64,000 bases of DNA, taken from positions 1,302,001 to 1,366,000 of the forward strand of contig CP089278.1 in assembly GCA_023920165.1 (NCBI GenBank), given 5' to 3'. The notes beneath the pieces were generated by a model. That model was not told the origin of the DNA. It was given only the letters and a program-made list of their open reading frames with translations, and searched no databases. This document shows, one piece after another, positions 1 to 17,057 of the stretch. The first letter of the stretch is position 1. Each line of letters begins with the position of its first letter. The translations under genes were made by a program, and so were the position numbers. The stretch comes from Curvularia clavata (taxonomy: Eukaryota).

Positions 1-2020
1 ACTCACCTCCACGATTCGCTACGCCTCCAATACGCCCTCTCTCTCCGGCCCAGGAAGTGGCTCCTCGCGGCCCTCCCAGCAACTACGGATCTTTTGACGG
101 CCGTGGCCGCTCACCCGTTCCTTACGAAGATCCAGAGATTGTGCGTCGCCATCTGGTAGGCCACTATGCCTCGCCCAGCAGGTCTCACCGTGGACGGATA
201 GGCGATGACGATGCGCAGTCGACAGGCAGGAGGCTCGAGGAGGACGAGGAAGAGTTTTCAAGTCTGCAGCTCCAGGGTGGTGATATTACGCGACAGATCT
301 ACAGGTGGAGCGAACAGCAGCAGGCCGAGGAGCAGGGCAAGATGCAGCGCAGCAAGAGCTTCCACGGCTCTCGTCGCAAGCCTGAGGACGAGGCACTGGA
401 TATTGACTCCATCCGCCAGCCGGGTGGCTTCCGACGCAACTACATACGCAGAGCCGCGGGTAGCCCTTCACCCGCACCTGGGCCGGCTGGATATGGTACT
501 GTTCAACAGTCTCGTCAACAGCCTCAGGTCTTTACAAGCAATTTCCTCGAGTTCCTGACCCTGTACGGCCACTTCGCTGGTGAATCACTTGAAGAGGACG
601 ACGAGGTACTAGGGCCTGACGAGTATTTCTCGTCTGATGCGTTGGACTCTGCGGTGCAAAGCGAAGACGAAGACCGAGAATACGGCGAGTCCAGTGCTCT
701 GCTCACACCTGGGAAGCGCAGGAGGCGCAAGCCCAAGAAGACGGGCACGGGTTCGCCTACGGGTGCGGCTCTGTTGCTCCTCAAATCTTTTGTTGGTACG
801 GGTGTGCTCTTCCTGCCTCGAGCTTTCCTGAACGGTGGTATGCTCTTTTCCAACCTCGTGCTTCTCGCTGTGGCGGGTCTCTCGTACGCGTGCTTCGTCT
901 TACTCGTCTCCACGCGTCTTGTGGTTGAGCACTCTTTTGGAGACATGGGCTTCCATCTCTACGGAAACTGGATGCGCAACATGATCAACTCGTCTCTTGT
1001 CATCTCGCAGATCGGTTTCTCATCGGCCTACATCGTCTTCGTCTCAGAGAACCTGCAAGCCTTTGTGCTCGCAGTGTCCAACTGCAAGACCTTCATCGAC
1101 ATCAAGTATATGATTATGATGCAAATGGTCATCTTCTTGCCTCTGTCTCTCTACCGCAACATCAACCACATCCAAAAGCTAGCCTTGGTTGCCGATCTCT
1201 TCATTCTCATGGGTCTCGTGTACCTCTACTACTACGATCTCTTCACCATTGTCGATCAAGGCGGCATCTCCGACATTGCCAGTTTCAACGCCAAAGACTG
1301 GACTCTCTTCATCGGCACCGCCATCTTCACCTTTGAAGGCATCGGTCTCATCATTCCCATCCAGACCGGCATGAAGGAGCCAAAGAAGTTCCCCAAGGTA
1401 CTGGGACTCGTCATGATCATCATCACCGTCGTTTTCCTCAGCGCCGGCGCACTTTCCTACGCCGCCTTTGGATCCAAGACCAAGACGGTCGTGCTTCTCA
1501 ATATGCCTCAGGACAACAAGTTTGTCAACGGCGTTCAGTTCATTTACTCGCTCGCCATCTTGCTCTCCACCCCGCTGCAAATCTATCCTGCCATTGAAAT
1601 CACCAGTCAGCAACTCTTCAGCCGAACCGGCAAGTACAATCCGTATGTGAAGTGGAAGAAGAACTTTTTCCGCTTCTTCATGGTGCTTGTGTGTGCTACG
1701 CTTGCCTGGGCTGGTGCTGGCGACTTGGACAAGTTTGTTAGCTTGGTGGGAAGCTTTGCTTGTATCCCGTTGGTCTTTATTTACCCTGTAAGTTTCTTCC
1801 CGAGGAAAACACCAAAGGAGACATGTCATATACTAACGCATTGCCTTCATAGCCCATGCTGCACTACCGAGCTGTTGCGCGTACAACCGTCGCTCGTGCC
1901 TTTGACGTCCTGCTATGTATCGTCGGCGCTATATGCATGGTGTACACGACCACTCTTACCGTCCAGAGCTGGATCCAGGGCGGCGCTCCAAAGGCGCCTG
2001 GATACTGTGATAGCAAGTAA
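1..2020 (+). CDS. Vacuolar amino acid transporter, Avt3/Avt4 family (5' end outside window)
   Basis: Frame open from window start; motifs LQLQGGDITRQIYRW, PGGFRR, NFLEFLTLYGHFAGE, LLKSFVGTGVLFLP, FTFEGIG; intron 1788-1852 (GTAAGT...TACTAAC...TAG); stop TAA 2018-2020. Confidence 0.92.
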
Positions 2021-4453
2021 ATACCCGTCTTTTGCTCTTGATTGTTGATCGAGAGTGTGTTGCTGTTGGTTTTTTGTTATGTTGAACAAAGTTCTTGCAT
2101 CATGTGTGAAGCATTTCAGCGATGGAAATATGTATGTCAATTCGAAACTATAGGATGAGGATACTACAGAGCAAGAGGAGTCAGGACGAAAGAGAGATTT
2201 AGGTATAAGGTTAAATTGGCACGAATTTGTATGTGTATGTATGGACAACTAGAGATAAAGGCTGCGAGGCTGCTTCATCATGCACTTGGTTTGGCCCGGT
2301 GTGGAATGTAAAGACTAGATTGTTGAGTTGGTTTCAGATTCTCTTCTCCTTTTTCTTCGTCGGTGAGAATGAGCGTGTGATGACGATAAGACTCGAATAT
2401 GTAAGGGCGATATCTCAAGCTATCATTTCGTTCACATAGAGTTTTGAACATTCCATGGTTCCCAGCCGAGGGACATACGTAGTGCTAGCTCCCAGGAGAG
2501 AAAAAAAGGCAGGGACCGAATAAGAAAAAAAGAAAAGAAGATACATCCGTGACTAAAAAAACACATACGTATACATTTGATGCCCAGTCTCTTCTAGAAA
2601 CAACCAGTCGCACGAGTACCAGAACTACTAAAGGAGTGTGAACACGAGGATTTCACGAGTCATGAGCGCTGAAATCGGGTTGGAAACGTTTATATCTCCG
2701 AACAAGAATGCAGCCGGTGAGCGCGAGCGAATGGTGGAAGTGGAGTTGGGATACTTTAACGACGCTAAACTTATTTCATGGCGCTAGTAAAAACGGGTGC
2801 CACAAGAGAATACGAAGGGGGGCGGCATGATGGAAGCCAAGGGTTAGCATAGCGAGTTAGTAGCAAGAGAGACACGGAACAGAGGACACGGTAGGGCGTG
2901 CAGGATCGGAAAGGAAGGGAAGGAGTAACAAGGCTGAAAAGCCGCCAAGGCCACAAGATGTTGTGCGGCTGAAGAAGGATGACAAGAATATGCGCCACAT
3001 GTTTTTGTTTGGTTTTCGCCTTGGATGTGGTGAGATGGACAAAATAGACAACAAGCGGTCAAGGACTGTAAGGGAAAGGATGGGTAGATGTGGCCTTTGA
3101 GGAAAAAATCGGCTGTTCCTAGGCAAGGGCAGATCAATTGCCCATCCATGAGATTGAGGGCGGGGATGGCCATCTACGAAGCCCGCCCACCCCGCCCGGC
3201 ACGCCTTCCTGCTCTAGCTAATCTCACATAAACGTGCAGCTCCAGTCAAGGTCGAGCAGCGCTAAAGCGAGAGCAGGAGCAAGATATGCTGGCCAACCCT
3301 TTCAACTGCCTCAGTGTGTTTGCTTGCTGGTGCTGAGCAGGAATATGGGCTACAGCTGCACGTTGAGAGTTGCAGCTGTTGATTCGCTCTGTAGCGGGGT
3401 AAGCCGACTAACGAGTGGCGTGCGTTTCTGGACGTTGTTTGGTTTTTCTGTTGACTTTTTTTTCTCTTGCCTGTGCAGCATGCAGGGCAAAGCAACGAGA
3501 ACAATATGCACGCACAAAGAACCAAACGGCTGGCTGTTTCCCTCACCGTCCTGTCTTTTGACACATGGAGCCAGGCGGGTGGAGAGCTGGAGCGCGCGGG
3601 TGCAGAGCTGCGCCGTTAGCGGGACAACCCACTCGGTTTGTGTGTGTTTTTTTTGTTTTGTTTTTACATTGCTGTGGTGTCTTTGCATATATGTAATATG
3701 TACGTATGCATGCGGTGCCAGCTTGCAACTCGACAAGAAGAAAAAGGATCACTTGTTGATCGACGGGCTGATGAGGCGTCGTGTTTACTTAGCACCGCAT
3801 TGGGAGCTGCAAAACCCGGAACTGCTGACGTAGCCGGTACAAGTCGTGTATAGGGGAGGGGTATTGGCGAACGCCCGCCCTGACTACAGAATTAGCAATA
3901 CCTCCCGTAAGCTCCTGGGAGCATTGGTCATGGACACGAGGGATGGATAGTATCGAATAGAGCATTCTTGGTAGCTCGAGGTGCAAATCATCGAGGCGTG
4001 GAGCTAGTGTTTCTATTTTGGAGGTGCTGCGCCTCGCGGTCCCTGAGCAGCCATTGGGATATTGGGCAATGGATCCAGGAACAGCGACGGGCGAGTGTCC
4101 CACTATTGGCCGCAGCGAGGCTCGCGGAATCCGAGAGACAGGGCCCATGACAGTTGCCAGTGTGCAGGGCTCGTGGCGTATTTTCAGGCGTAGCATCATA
4201 TCGCGGCGTTTGGGGTGGGTGCAGTGCATGGGCGAGACTAGCAAGGTCGAGTGGAGAAGGGCGCCGCTGGGGCATGCTCAGTGCTTGGCTTGAGACGTAT
4301 AAGTCAAACACACCACCGCTCTTTCTCTCCTCTCATACCCGATTCCTCTGCTCTCCTCTCCTCCTCCCCTGCTGTGCTGCCAATTCCCCATCCCCGACAT
4401 CTGCACAATCGCTTTCCGTTCCATAATCGACTCCCTTCTTTCGTTTCTTCGCC

Positions 4454-6825
<2,372 letters not shown>

Positions 6826-7339
6826 GCAAGCGGTTGTATGATTTACATGGCGTTCTCTGGGATAGAGAAGTTATGTACAGTTTGGGTTTGAGCTGGACCC
6901 TGGGATTTATGAATGGAAGCTCTGGACATAGCTTTTGTGTGTATGGCACTGAACTTTACGATATTTAGGATGCGGGGCAATGGGTCTTGGTCCACTTCTG
7001 GTACTAGACGGAATGACAATATCTCTTCATTACTCTGTTTCTTTCTACTTGTGATTGTGCATTGGAATCCGATTGGGTCGTTGAAGCGTTTTTTTTTGGT
7101 GAAGGTCTTGGTCATTGCGCAGCATCTGATATCCCTGTTCCGATGACACCATCGCAAGAAATGGGATCCCTGCTTTCTCGGTTGCGGGGCAGCCTCATGG
7201 GTAGTGCGCCGTTCCTGCATCCTTGAAACCCGCTCTGGCAAGCAGGCTGACAGTACCCAGCCCACTCCGGAGCTACCGACTCATTCACCTCTACGCCTCT
7301 CATCTCCAACACCCACCTGCACATATACGAATATTTACC

Positions 7340-8138
<799 letters not shown>

Positions 8139-9400
8139 GAGGCAGACTACACATGAGGAAATGCGGATAAGGATACAAGGGTAACACTGTGCATGTATAT
8201 CCAAAAGTAAAATGTCATCTGGGTTACGAGTAGGCACATACTCCGGCCCTTGCCTACGATCTTGGGCCTTGTTCTGCGTGCATATTCCTAGTGGGCCCGA
8301 AAACTTAGGGTCACATGCAGCAGACGTGGTGCAATTACAGGCGCTCTTTGTCCATGAACATCCTCGCGTGCCATTGACTCGATACAATGGCACTGCCCCC
8401 AGGTTGTAGATGGCTTGCTGAACTATTTTTCCTGTGTGCTGCTGCCATGTTGATGTCTCTCTCAGGCTGTGTGGCCGTGCTAGCGTGGCTGCAGGCGCAA
8501 ATCGAGCGATGACGCCGTCGGGGCTGGCACAACAAGGCGTGCCTGGTACGTGCTCGCGTGAAGCTGGCTGCGCAATTGTGAGATGTGGCCTTGGGCTGGC
8601 AGTTCCAGACAGTAGTGGATGCAGGGGGATTATGCGACCGTGTTGGCCGTGTCCGAAAGGCGCATTGTCCCAGAAGAGTCGAGTTGAAGAAGGATGGTTG
8701 GCAATCACAGCATTCTCCTTTTCTCTGCTAAGGGCCGCTAGCTTGGCAGCCGGGATCCGCAACCTCACCTTGGAACCTCAGATTCCTGAATAGCCACTCT
8801 CACTCAACACCAGCCCCATCTGTGCGAGACGAGCGCCGAGGACTGGATCGCGCATCCCATCTGCTTACCTTGCCATTCTCTTTTCCCCTTTCCGCCCTTG
8901 TCCGGTCCGCCTGACACGTCTTCACCGCGCGGGTGCGCGTTGTCCCCTACAGCAGCCCTGTTGCAGGCCTGCCGGTGCGTCGAGTACTCTAACTTGTAGC
9001 GCCGCTCCTGCCCACTCTCCGTCTACCACTCGCCGTTACACAAGCATGGAGGGAGCACACGCGTGCTAATACAAAAAGTTGATCGGTACTGAGGTGCGCT
9101 GTCACGGTGTAGCCATCAGAAACTGGGTCTGGATCCCAGGTCCATGACAAGAAAACCAGGCGGCGAAAAAGACAACCGGTGACTACGGCAATCAGCTCCG
9201 TACCGCGAAAACTCATTCATTTCTTCACACCCAGCGTGGGCTGTTGTGGCGGCAATAATAGGAAAACGTGTGGCATTGGGAACAAGAATATAGGACCCAG
9301 GGAACGATGCGCAGCGCCCTAGCCATCTGCTAGAGGACGTTGACTCGACTTCCTCCACTTCTACGGCTACCTCGTCCACCGCCTCCGCCCTTCCTTAACC

Positions 9401-12400
9401 ATGTCGCTTTCTGGTCACAATAATTCTCTCCACGCCCTCACACCTTTGACCAGCTCAGATTCTTCTCCGCCGGGCAAGTTGCCCAGTCCGCGGTCATCCA
9501 AGCTCTCGCATGAGACGATGCACGCGACCTCATCCTCCATACGCGCGGCCCCATCAAGCGCATCCAACAATGTCGCCGATACCATTACACCCATAAGCAC
9601 ACCGCCCGAGACGCGCAGATCCGTCTTCCCAGCCGACGGCGTGCTGGGCCAGCGCTCCACCTACGACGCACAGCTTGACCCAAAGCTTGATAGAAGACAG
9701 AGAGCGAAGGGAACGGCGAAATACAGCACAATACTGGATAAGGTACGTGAAGGTTACATACATATACATACATAGATGTGGTCGCCCTGTGACGCTAAGG
9801 CTAACTTGACTTGTGTTACAGGGCGACTCATCTCCTCCCCCCGACCCGCGTCTGGCCATTGCCGGCTATACCACTGGGAACTATGTCATTAAGACTTCTT
9901 TCACAGGTGCCCCGAAATCCAAGTTGAGGATAGCTCCCTATGTAGCCAAGCCCTACTCTTTCGATCAGCGCATATCATGCGGCCCCGGACCTGCGACCCA
10001 AGTGGTCGTCACAGGATTCGATCCTTTGACCCCGGATGTCCAGCTACGTAGTTTTTTCTCCGCCTACGGCGAAGTAGAGACTGTGCGCAACCAAGTACAC
10101 CCTGACAATGGCAGTCCACTGGGAATATGTTTGATCAAGTTTCGCGACACACCACCCGGCCGTGGTACAACTGGCATGAAAGCAAGTACTTCAGCAAAGC
10201 GTGCTGAACGAGAAGGCACCAACCAGCGCATGGCCCAGAACACGATCAAGGTGCAATCCGATCGCGAAGGTCGGAGATGTTCGAAACTCGTGGATATGGC
10301 GGTGCAACAGAGTCGCAAAGAGGAAGAGAAGCTGCGAGCCAAGTACGCTGCCAAAACCACCAGCGCTGCGACACCCACAGGTCCAGCAAACTTTGACCTG
10401 CCAGCCAATGTTCCCAAGGGACCCTCTGGGAAGGGTGCCCGTCCGATGATAACGATGCCACGAGAACCGCTAACACGAAAGGCTGCGCTTTCCTACCTCA
10501 TCGAACGAGAGCCGATCAAGCCTACGCTGAAGCGAAAGCCTTACATCTTTATCGCGCACGCATATGTCCCTGTCCTCAGCACCACAATCGAGCATCTGAA
10601 GAAGCGCTTAAAGAACTATCGGTGGACTGCAGTACGATGCGACCCGACGGGTTACTATGTGACCTTTGAGGAATCGAAGCGCGGAGAGGACGAGGCTGTT
10701 CGGTGTTATAAGGAGTGCCACATGCAAGCTTTGTTCACGTATGTCATGAATATGGAATGCAATCAATACGGCGACCCCAACTACGAGCGAAGTCCCAGCC
10801 CCGAGCGCGTCATGGCCGAAAAGAAGCGAAAGGCTATAGAGAAGCGGATAGAGGAGGAAGAGGCAGAGGATCTGGAATGGGAAAAGAAGCAGAGGGCAGA
10901 AGCGCTCGATCCTGTGCGGGCTGCGATGGATATCCTCAAACAGGAGCTCATGGAGAAGCTTCTCAGTGACATCAAGACCAAATTGGCTGCGCCCACTATA
11001 CTTGAGCTGCTGGATCCTGACTTACATGTGGAAAAGCGTCGGAAGCTTAACATTCCAGGTCCGCCAAAGAAGGACGACGATGTCCGACCACCAGCATTGC
11101 TTGCTCCAGGTTTCGATGCCTTCGGCGCCGGCACTCCAAGAGGTCGCAATGGGGGCTTTGGAGCCCGTGGAGGCCGCAGAGGTCTCGGTGGTTTCGATCC
11201 AAGCACGAGACGTGGGAAGAAGCCGCCGAAGGTGGTTAATGCGTTTGCCGACGAGCGAAGAAAGGCGTCAGCACCCAAGCCTCGTGTGGCTCGTGGTTTG
11301 CATCGCCAGATGCTGGAGATGTTTGAGCCAGACGAGTCGGATGACGAGAATCGCAGCCAGTTGACACGCGGTACTGAAGAGCAAGAAAGCCGGCCTATCA
11401 GTCGGGCTCCTTCCACAGATATCGAAGATGAAGTAGAAGAGTCTTCGAGAGCTCATCGTGCCAAGCGGCGACGTATTGAAACTGGTTGGGGTGAGGAAAG
11501 CGATGAGGAGATGGATGATTCGCATGCACGAAGTTTGCTTGCCCACTGCATTCACAAAGACCCTGAAAACATGGCAGAAAAAGAACTGGAACAGGTCCTA
11601 GCAATCCTTCCACGCTCATCGCCAATTTGGAAGAAGGCCGACAAAGCACTCAAGGGTTTCAGGAGGCTGAGGAAGATTGAGCAGGAGGCAGATGTAATAT
11701 TTGGCGTGGAAGGAAGCCCGATGGAAAAGACGGAGCCCGAAGTCATTGTCACCCAGGAGGACGAACCAGAAAAGTCTATTGAGACGACCGAACATCCCGA
11801 AACACTCACATCGCTCAAGAAGAAGGCTGCCGCCAAGCCAAAGAGGAAGACTAAGAAGCAACTTCAAGAAGAAGCGAAGGCAGCACAGGCAGAAGTCACA
11901 GAGATTGAGACACCTCCAGAAGAAGAGCCACCTGAAGTCAAGGAGGCCAAGGAGGTTGCCGAAGAAGCGGTGGCGGAGGAGACTACTCCAGAGCAAGATG
12001 AACGAGAACGAGCGTCTTCCGTGTGTTGGAGTGTATCTCATGACATACCTCGCAAGACGGTTGATGACGACTTCAGTGTTGTTATGGACATTGATGGTTG
12101 GCAACATCTGCTCAAAGACGAGGAAGATCTACGTCTCCTCAAGCAGGCCATCGAACCCGTCGCTCCTGCTAGCATTGGAGACGCGCAGACGTGGGCCTGG
12201 AAGCAAAAGTCCATCAAGCACCTCAACCGCAACGGCCAGGAAGGCGTCTCTCGTACCGAGACCAAGATTGAGGGATACTACGTCCCCAACCCGACTGGCT
12301 CAGCTCGTACAGAAGGCATCAAGAAGATTCGCGAGTCAGAGAAGTCGAAGTACCTACCTCATCGTATCCGTGTGCAGAAGGAGCGCGAAGAGCGCCAACG

Positions 12401-13092
12401 CCGTGCCAAGCAAGAAGAGCGAAACACGGTGTCTGTAGAAGGCTTCAAATTCTCAACGAGTGCCAACAAGGCATCAACCGCAAACTCACGTGCCAATCGC
12501 GCCAACAACCGCCGCATGGTCAATGACATCAACATTTCCAAGACTCTGTCTGGAGCTGAAGGCGATGCCCTCCGCTTCAACCAGCTCAAGAAGCGCAAGA
12601 AGCTTGTCAAGTTCGACCGCTCCGCCATCCACAACTGGGGTCTGTACGCCCAGGAGCCCATTGCTGTCAACGACATGATCATCGAGTACGTTGGCGAAAA
12701 GGTGCGGCAGCGCGTGGCCGACTTGCGAGAAGCCAAGTACGACATGCAAGGCGTAGGATCGAGTTACCTCTTCCGAATTGACGAAGACACGGTCATTGAT
12801 GCGACAAAGATGGGTGGCATTGCCCGCTTTATTAATCACTCTTGCACGCCTAATTGCACCGCCAAGATTATCCGTGTCGACAATACTAAACGTATTGTTA
12901 TCTATGCGTTGAGAGACATTCAGTCGGGTATGTTATCCCGATTCTCTTCTTTTTTTTTTAATATGACAATGAAGCTAACAATGAACAGACGAGGAACTCA
13001 CATACGATTACAAATTCGAGCGTGAAATCGACGCTACAGATCGTATCCCTTGTCTCTGTGGTTCAATCGGTTGCAAGGGCTTTCTCAATTAG
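9401..13092 (+). CDS. SET1: Histone H3K4 methyltransferase Set1 (RRM, n-SET, SET, post-SET)
   Basis: [58 protein letters not shown]; introns 9743-9821 and 12928-12988; start codon less certain. Confidence 0.96.
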
Positions 13093-14235
13093 AAGTTTGA
13101 TTTTTCTGGTGGTGTTTAAGAACAAAAAGGGAGAAATATATGCTTGCCACACTCTCACATACGAGCACACTCATACAATCCTCCGACACCTACCTTCTTC
13201 CTTGTCAAAGTCCCCAACAAATGCCTCAACGCAATACGACTTCCCCTGGTCCTCCTCTTCTGGGAATTATACCTCTTTCCTCTTCTTCTACTTTCTTCTT
13301 TTCTTCAACAACTTTGCATACCTGATTCTATGTATTCTTATCTCTCTTCTTTCAGCCCTCTTCTTTCTTCTTTTTCTCTCACCAATTCAAAATTTTCTAG
13401 ATTTATAGCCCGCCCTCTCGTCTGCATGTTCGTGTTTTTTTCTAAAGGCAGGAAACAGGGGTGTTTTTACCTTGAGGCTGGTGGATGCTCTTCGAGGGTG
13501 CTCTTGCTTGGCTTGCGGCCACGAGTAATTTTCTGACGAATGAATGGACGGGTTTGACAAGGTTCTTACTCACTGCCCTTCTCTTTGCAAAAAGCGGGCT
13601 CGGACGAGAAGGACGGAAAGCGGGGTTTGTTTTGCGGCTTGATAATGATGGCAAGGTAGGTGTAATAGTAGAGGGGGGAAAGAGGGATCAAATGTAGGGA
13701 GGGAAGAAGGAGATTCGGTAACATGTGCAGAGCAAGGGGGGAATGCAGAAAAGCTAATGTGAATTTATATTATGTGTCTTGGGCTCAGTTACTTTTGCGT
13801 GTGTTGTGATTTGTAGATTGAAGGAGTGGAATGACGGCAGGAGGGTAAGATACTTATCTCTTGGTCTACCGGCATAAGGAGACAACAGGATGTATGCAGT
13901 ATTTTTTTAAGCAGCGAAGGTGTTAAGAAAGAGAAAAAAGAGTGAATGTGAGGAGGTGAACTGTGTGCATGTCTCCAAGACGTCGTTCCAACAACATAAA
14001 TGCTAAACTCAGGCTAAGGAAGTCTAAAAACTTACATCGAGCTTTGTATCTTTACTAACATAGTTTTATGCAAATAAGATAAATATCACCAACAAGTATG
14101 TAGTCCATATAGAAAAATCTCATGCCACGTGAACATAGAAGATGGGAACGCAACACTTAGTATCGGCAATCACGCATCAATGCAACGAATATACAACATG
14201 GTAAAAAAAAACATGGAGATCTAATATTATCAGGT

Positions 14236-15548
14236 CTAATCGCTATCATCATCATACCTATTCCCCGCCCCCACATCTCCCAGTAAAATATCATCAGGCG
14301 CCGGGCCGCGATGATTCCTCACCCACTCCGTCTCTACACGGAAAAAGATCCAAATCCACCTCCTCAGTACCTCGAGTACCTCCATTGTAAAGATTCCACC
14401 TTCGAGATCATTAAAGTGGTCGAGGTGCACGCTAAGTTTCAAGCTCCATGTGCATCTCAGCAAGGCATCGACGACAACGGCAGCGTAGTAAAACTCTTTT
14501 GCGTGGAACCAGCGGTGGCGACGCAAACCCCAGGGATACTCAGGCGAGTTCCTCACACGGGCATTGGAAAAGAGGGTCAAGTCCCAATCTTTGGCTATGT
14601 CCCAGTAATAGGAATAGCCTGAGTTGACGATAACGGCGACGAGCCACATGCGGTAGAGTGTGGCTTCTGAGACGCCGAAGCTCGAGGGGTCAGGAGAGCG
14701 CTGCAATGCGCTGAGGATGATGACTGGGAACGCAGTCGAATATTTTGCTGCGTTGGCCAAATGGGTGCCACCCCATCCTGTGGCGGGATTGATCTGACCC
14801 GTGCGCTCATTGCCTCTCTTGACGCGATAGTATTCCGTGATACATTGTCTGAGGCGGATCATCGAGGGTATAGCAATTATGAATGGAACCCAGAACGTGC
14901 CGCCGCAGTTGCGATTCGGTGCCGCAGTCGAACGCTGACCAGACGAGAAAAACATGCAAAGCGAAACGAACAAGTCACCCAGGACTTTGGCGTAACTCGT
15001 CAGCGCATCCGCAAGCAGTATGTCTCCGAATTTCCCATCTTGTGCTTCGGCAATGCCGCCCGTGCTGATGCGCTTCAGCGTCGCGAGTGTGCGGGACCGC
15101 CCATTGCGGCTTACGAAGGGAACGGGTGCAACGAAGCCTACGACGAGGACGAGGAGGTAGAGGTTGGGCAGGATTTCCCAGTCTGCGATTGCCCTGGGGT
15201 TCCCGTGGGTGACGGTCCAGAAAAGGAGTAGCGAGAGGGCGAGTGGGATGGAGAGAAAGGTCGCAATGCGGTAGCACGAGAGGTGGTGCGGCGGATGATG
15301 CGGCGAGGAGCGCGACGGGTAGCGGATTAGGGAAGGGACGTCGATTTTTATGAGGGAGAGGTAATGCAGGTTGAGGCCCCATGCCCATATTCCTGTTGGA
15401 GAAGTCGTCAGTCGGGAGAACCATTGGCTATGCAGTTGCTGCCAAAGGGATGCGTACCAAGCACAATGATGATGGCCACGCGGTATGGCAATGGCAAGAT
15501 TCGAGTGAAGCCATCGATTTCAGGCTCGACAGCAGGATCACCGTCCAT
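14236..15548 (-). CDS. ERD1: EXS-family protein Erd1 (ER protein retention / Golgi phosphate transport)
   Basis: MDGDPAVEPEIDGFTRILPLPYR, DILLADALTSYAK, HLANAAKY, YSYYWD...DWDL, EVLRRWIWIFFRVETEW; intron 15393-15457. Confidence 0.92.
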
Positions 15549-16200
15549 ATCTTGATTGCGCGTAGAGTGTTATGGCCGTGGCTGCGTCCCAGCTTCTCTT
15601 CTGCCGAGTATTCATGAAGCTTTACCCAGCGAACAGTCCAATCTAGTAGCAATTCCGTCTTTTTCCCAAGAACCCTCTTGTCGCGTGGGCGCAAAGGGGC
15701 TAGGATAGCCAGTCTCACATGCGATGCAAGGTAGCGTGTCCACTTTCCCCCAATGTTGCTCCAAACTAAAATTATACACCAGCCACGGGGGGTTGAGCCA
15801 CAGCAGCCGTTACGTCAGCGTTGACTTTGGAAGTGTGGCGCAGCCCGCGTTCTGTTTCCTCGGGAGCTTACCCTAATGCAACGCAACCATGACGCGACCA
15901 TCGCGACACCAATACAGCATTTGCTCATTGCGCGCAATTGGATCGTTGAACGGGCTAGACCAAAAGGTCGCCCAGATCGTGACATCAATTCCACCATTTG
16001 CTTTTCTCCACGGCTCTAAAACTGCCTTGTTCCCGCCATAGACGTCAAACTTGAAGCTTTAATATCTCATTTGATCGCTGTTAATATCTTCAAGAACACC
16101 CGCATACATCATCCCTCCTCTACCTCCTCCACGCCCACACACATCCGCGACCGTACACCTGCAATTGTGACTACACAAAAGCGACATCACGCGATCAACC

Positions 16201-16674
16201 ATGTCTCCTCTTTCCGTCCCAAAAATCTTTATGGCTGGTGGTGCCGTCGGCTTCGGCTACTACCTCTACATGCGCCAATACTGGTTCCCCAACCCATACA
16301 AGACGCAGGGAGTGCAGAACATTGAGGACCGCTTCTCCTCCGGCGGCGCCTCATCTACACATACTCCCGCTGTTGCGAGCCAGCGCGGTACGGGTACTTT
16401 TTACGGCCCCCAGACCTAGCTATCTGGAGAGCTCATGTGGTGCAGAGTTTGCTGACGTGCGTTGCAGGTAGCTCGACGGCGAACGATGGAAGGCACGATG
16501 GCCCCAGCAAAGGACCGGATTCAGAGCACTTTAAGAAGAATATCAGTGATCAGCAGAGCGAGGTGAGTTGTTTGTTGGATTCGTGGGTGGACAAAGGCTA
16601 ATGTGCGTTTTGTGTAGCCTGTCTGGCCAAGCAAGTTCTACGAGCAGCAATACAACAATCCCAAGGGCAAATAA
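16201..16674 (+). CDS. Small hypothetical protein (about 110 aa) with N-terminal hydrophobic segment
   Basis: ACC-ATG start; two canonical introns (16388-16467, 16563-16617) join into one frame ending YNNPKGK-stop. Confidence 0.75.
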
Positions 16675-17057
16675 GCATCTTCACCATCGTTCCATCGATA
16701 GGATACATATGAGCAATGGAAATGCGTTGATGGAGAGTGGTGGACATCGTGTGCATGGCATCATTGGCGTTTGACATAAAAAAAGAGGGGTGAGATATAA
16801 TAGCATCCCATGTATACCTCAAAACATATCAGTGGTAGCTGCAAGTCTAGATGCATGGCAGTTTGAAACAATAAAAAAAAGTTAAGATATTCAGGTCTTC
16901 TACCCACGACAACAACTCCGTGTATCTCTATCTTCTAGCCATGCAATTGCTGCTTAGTACCATCCCATAGGAACCATGCTGTCATATAATCGCATGGCTA
17001 CCACGCGTCATATTCCACAGCGATATTATGAACTTGTAGCACCAATCTACGTCATAT

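Noticed and set aside
2181..2281. C/D box snoRNA on the minus strand (ATGATGA ... CTGA)
   Set aside because: Boxes could be chance; no terminal stem or recognisable rRNA guide; lies in the transporter 3' UTR region
3234..4426. Several 70-200 aa ORFs upstream of GFA1
   Set aside because: No recognisable motifs or codon bias; likely promoter and UTR sequence
14973..14975. Apparent frameshift between two ERD1 ORFs in the track
   Set aside because: The true frame is continuous (KVLGDLFVSLC); the upstream track ORF is in another frame
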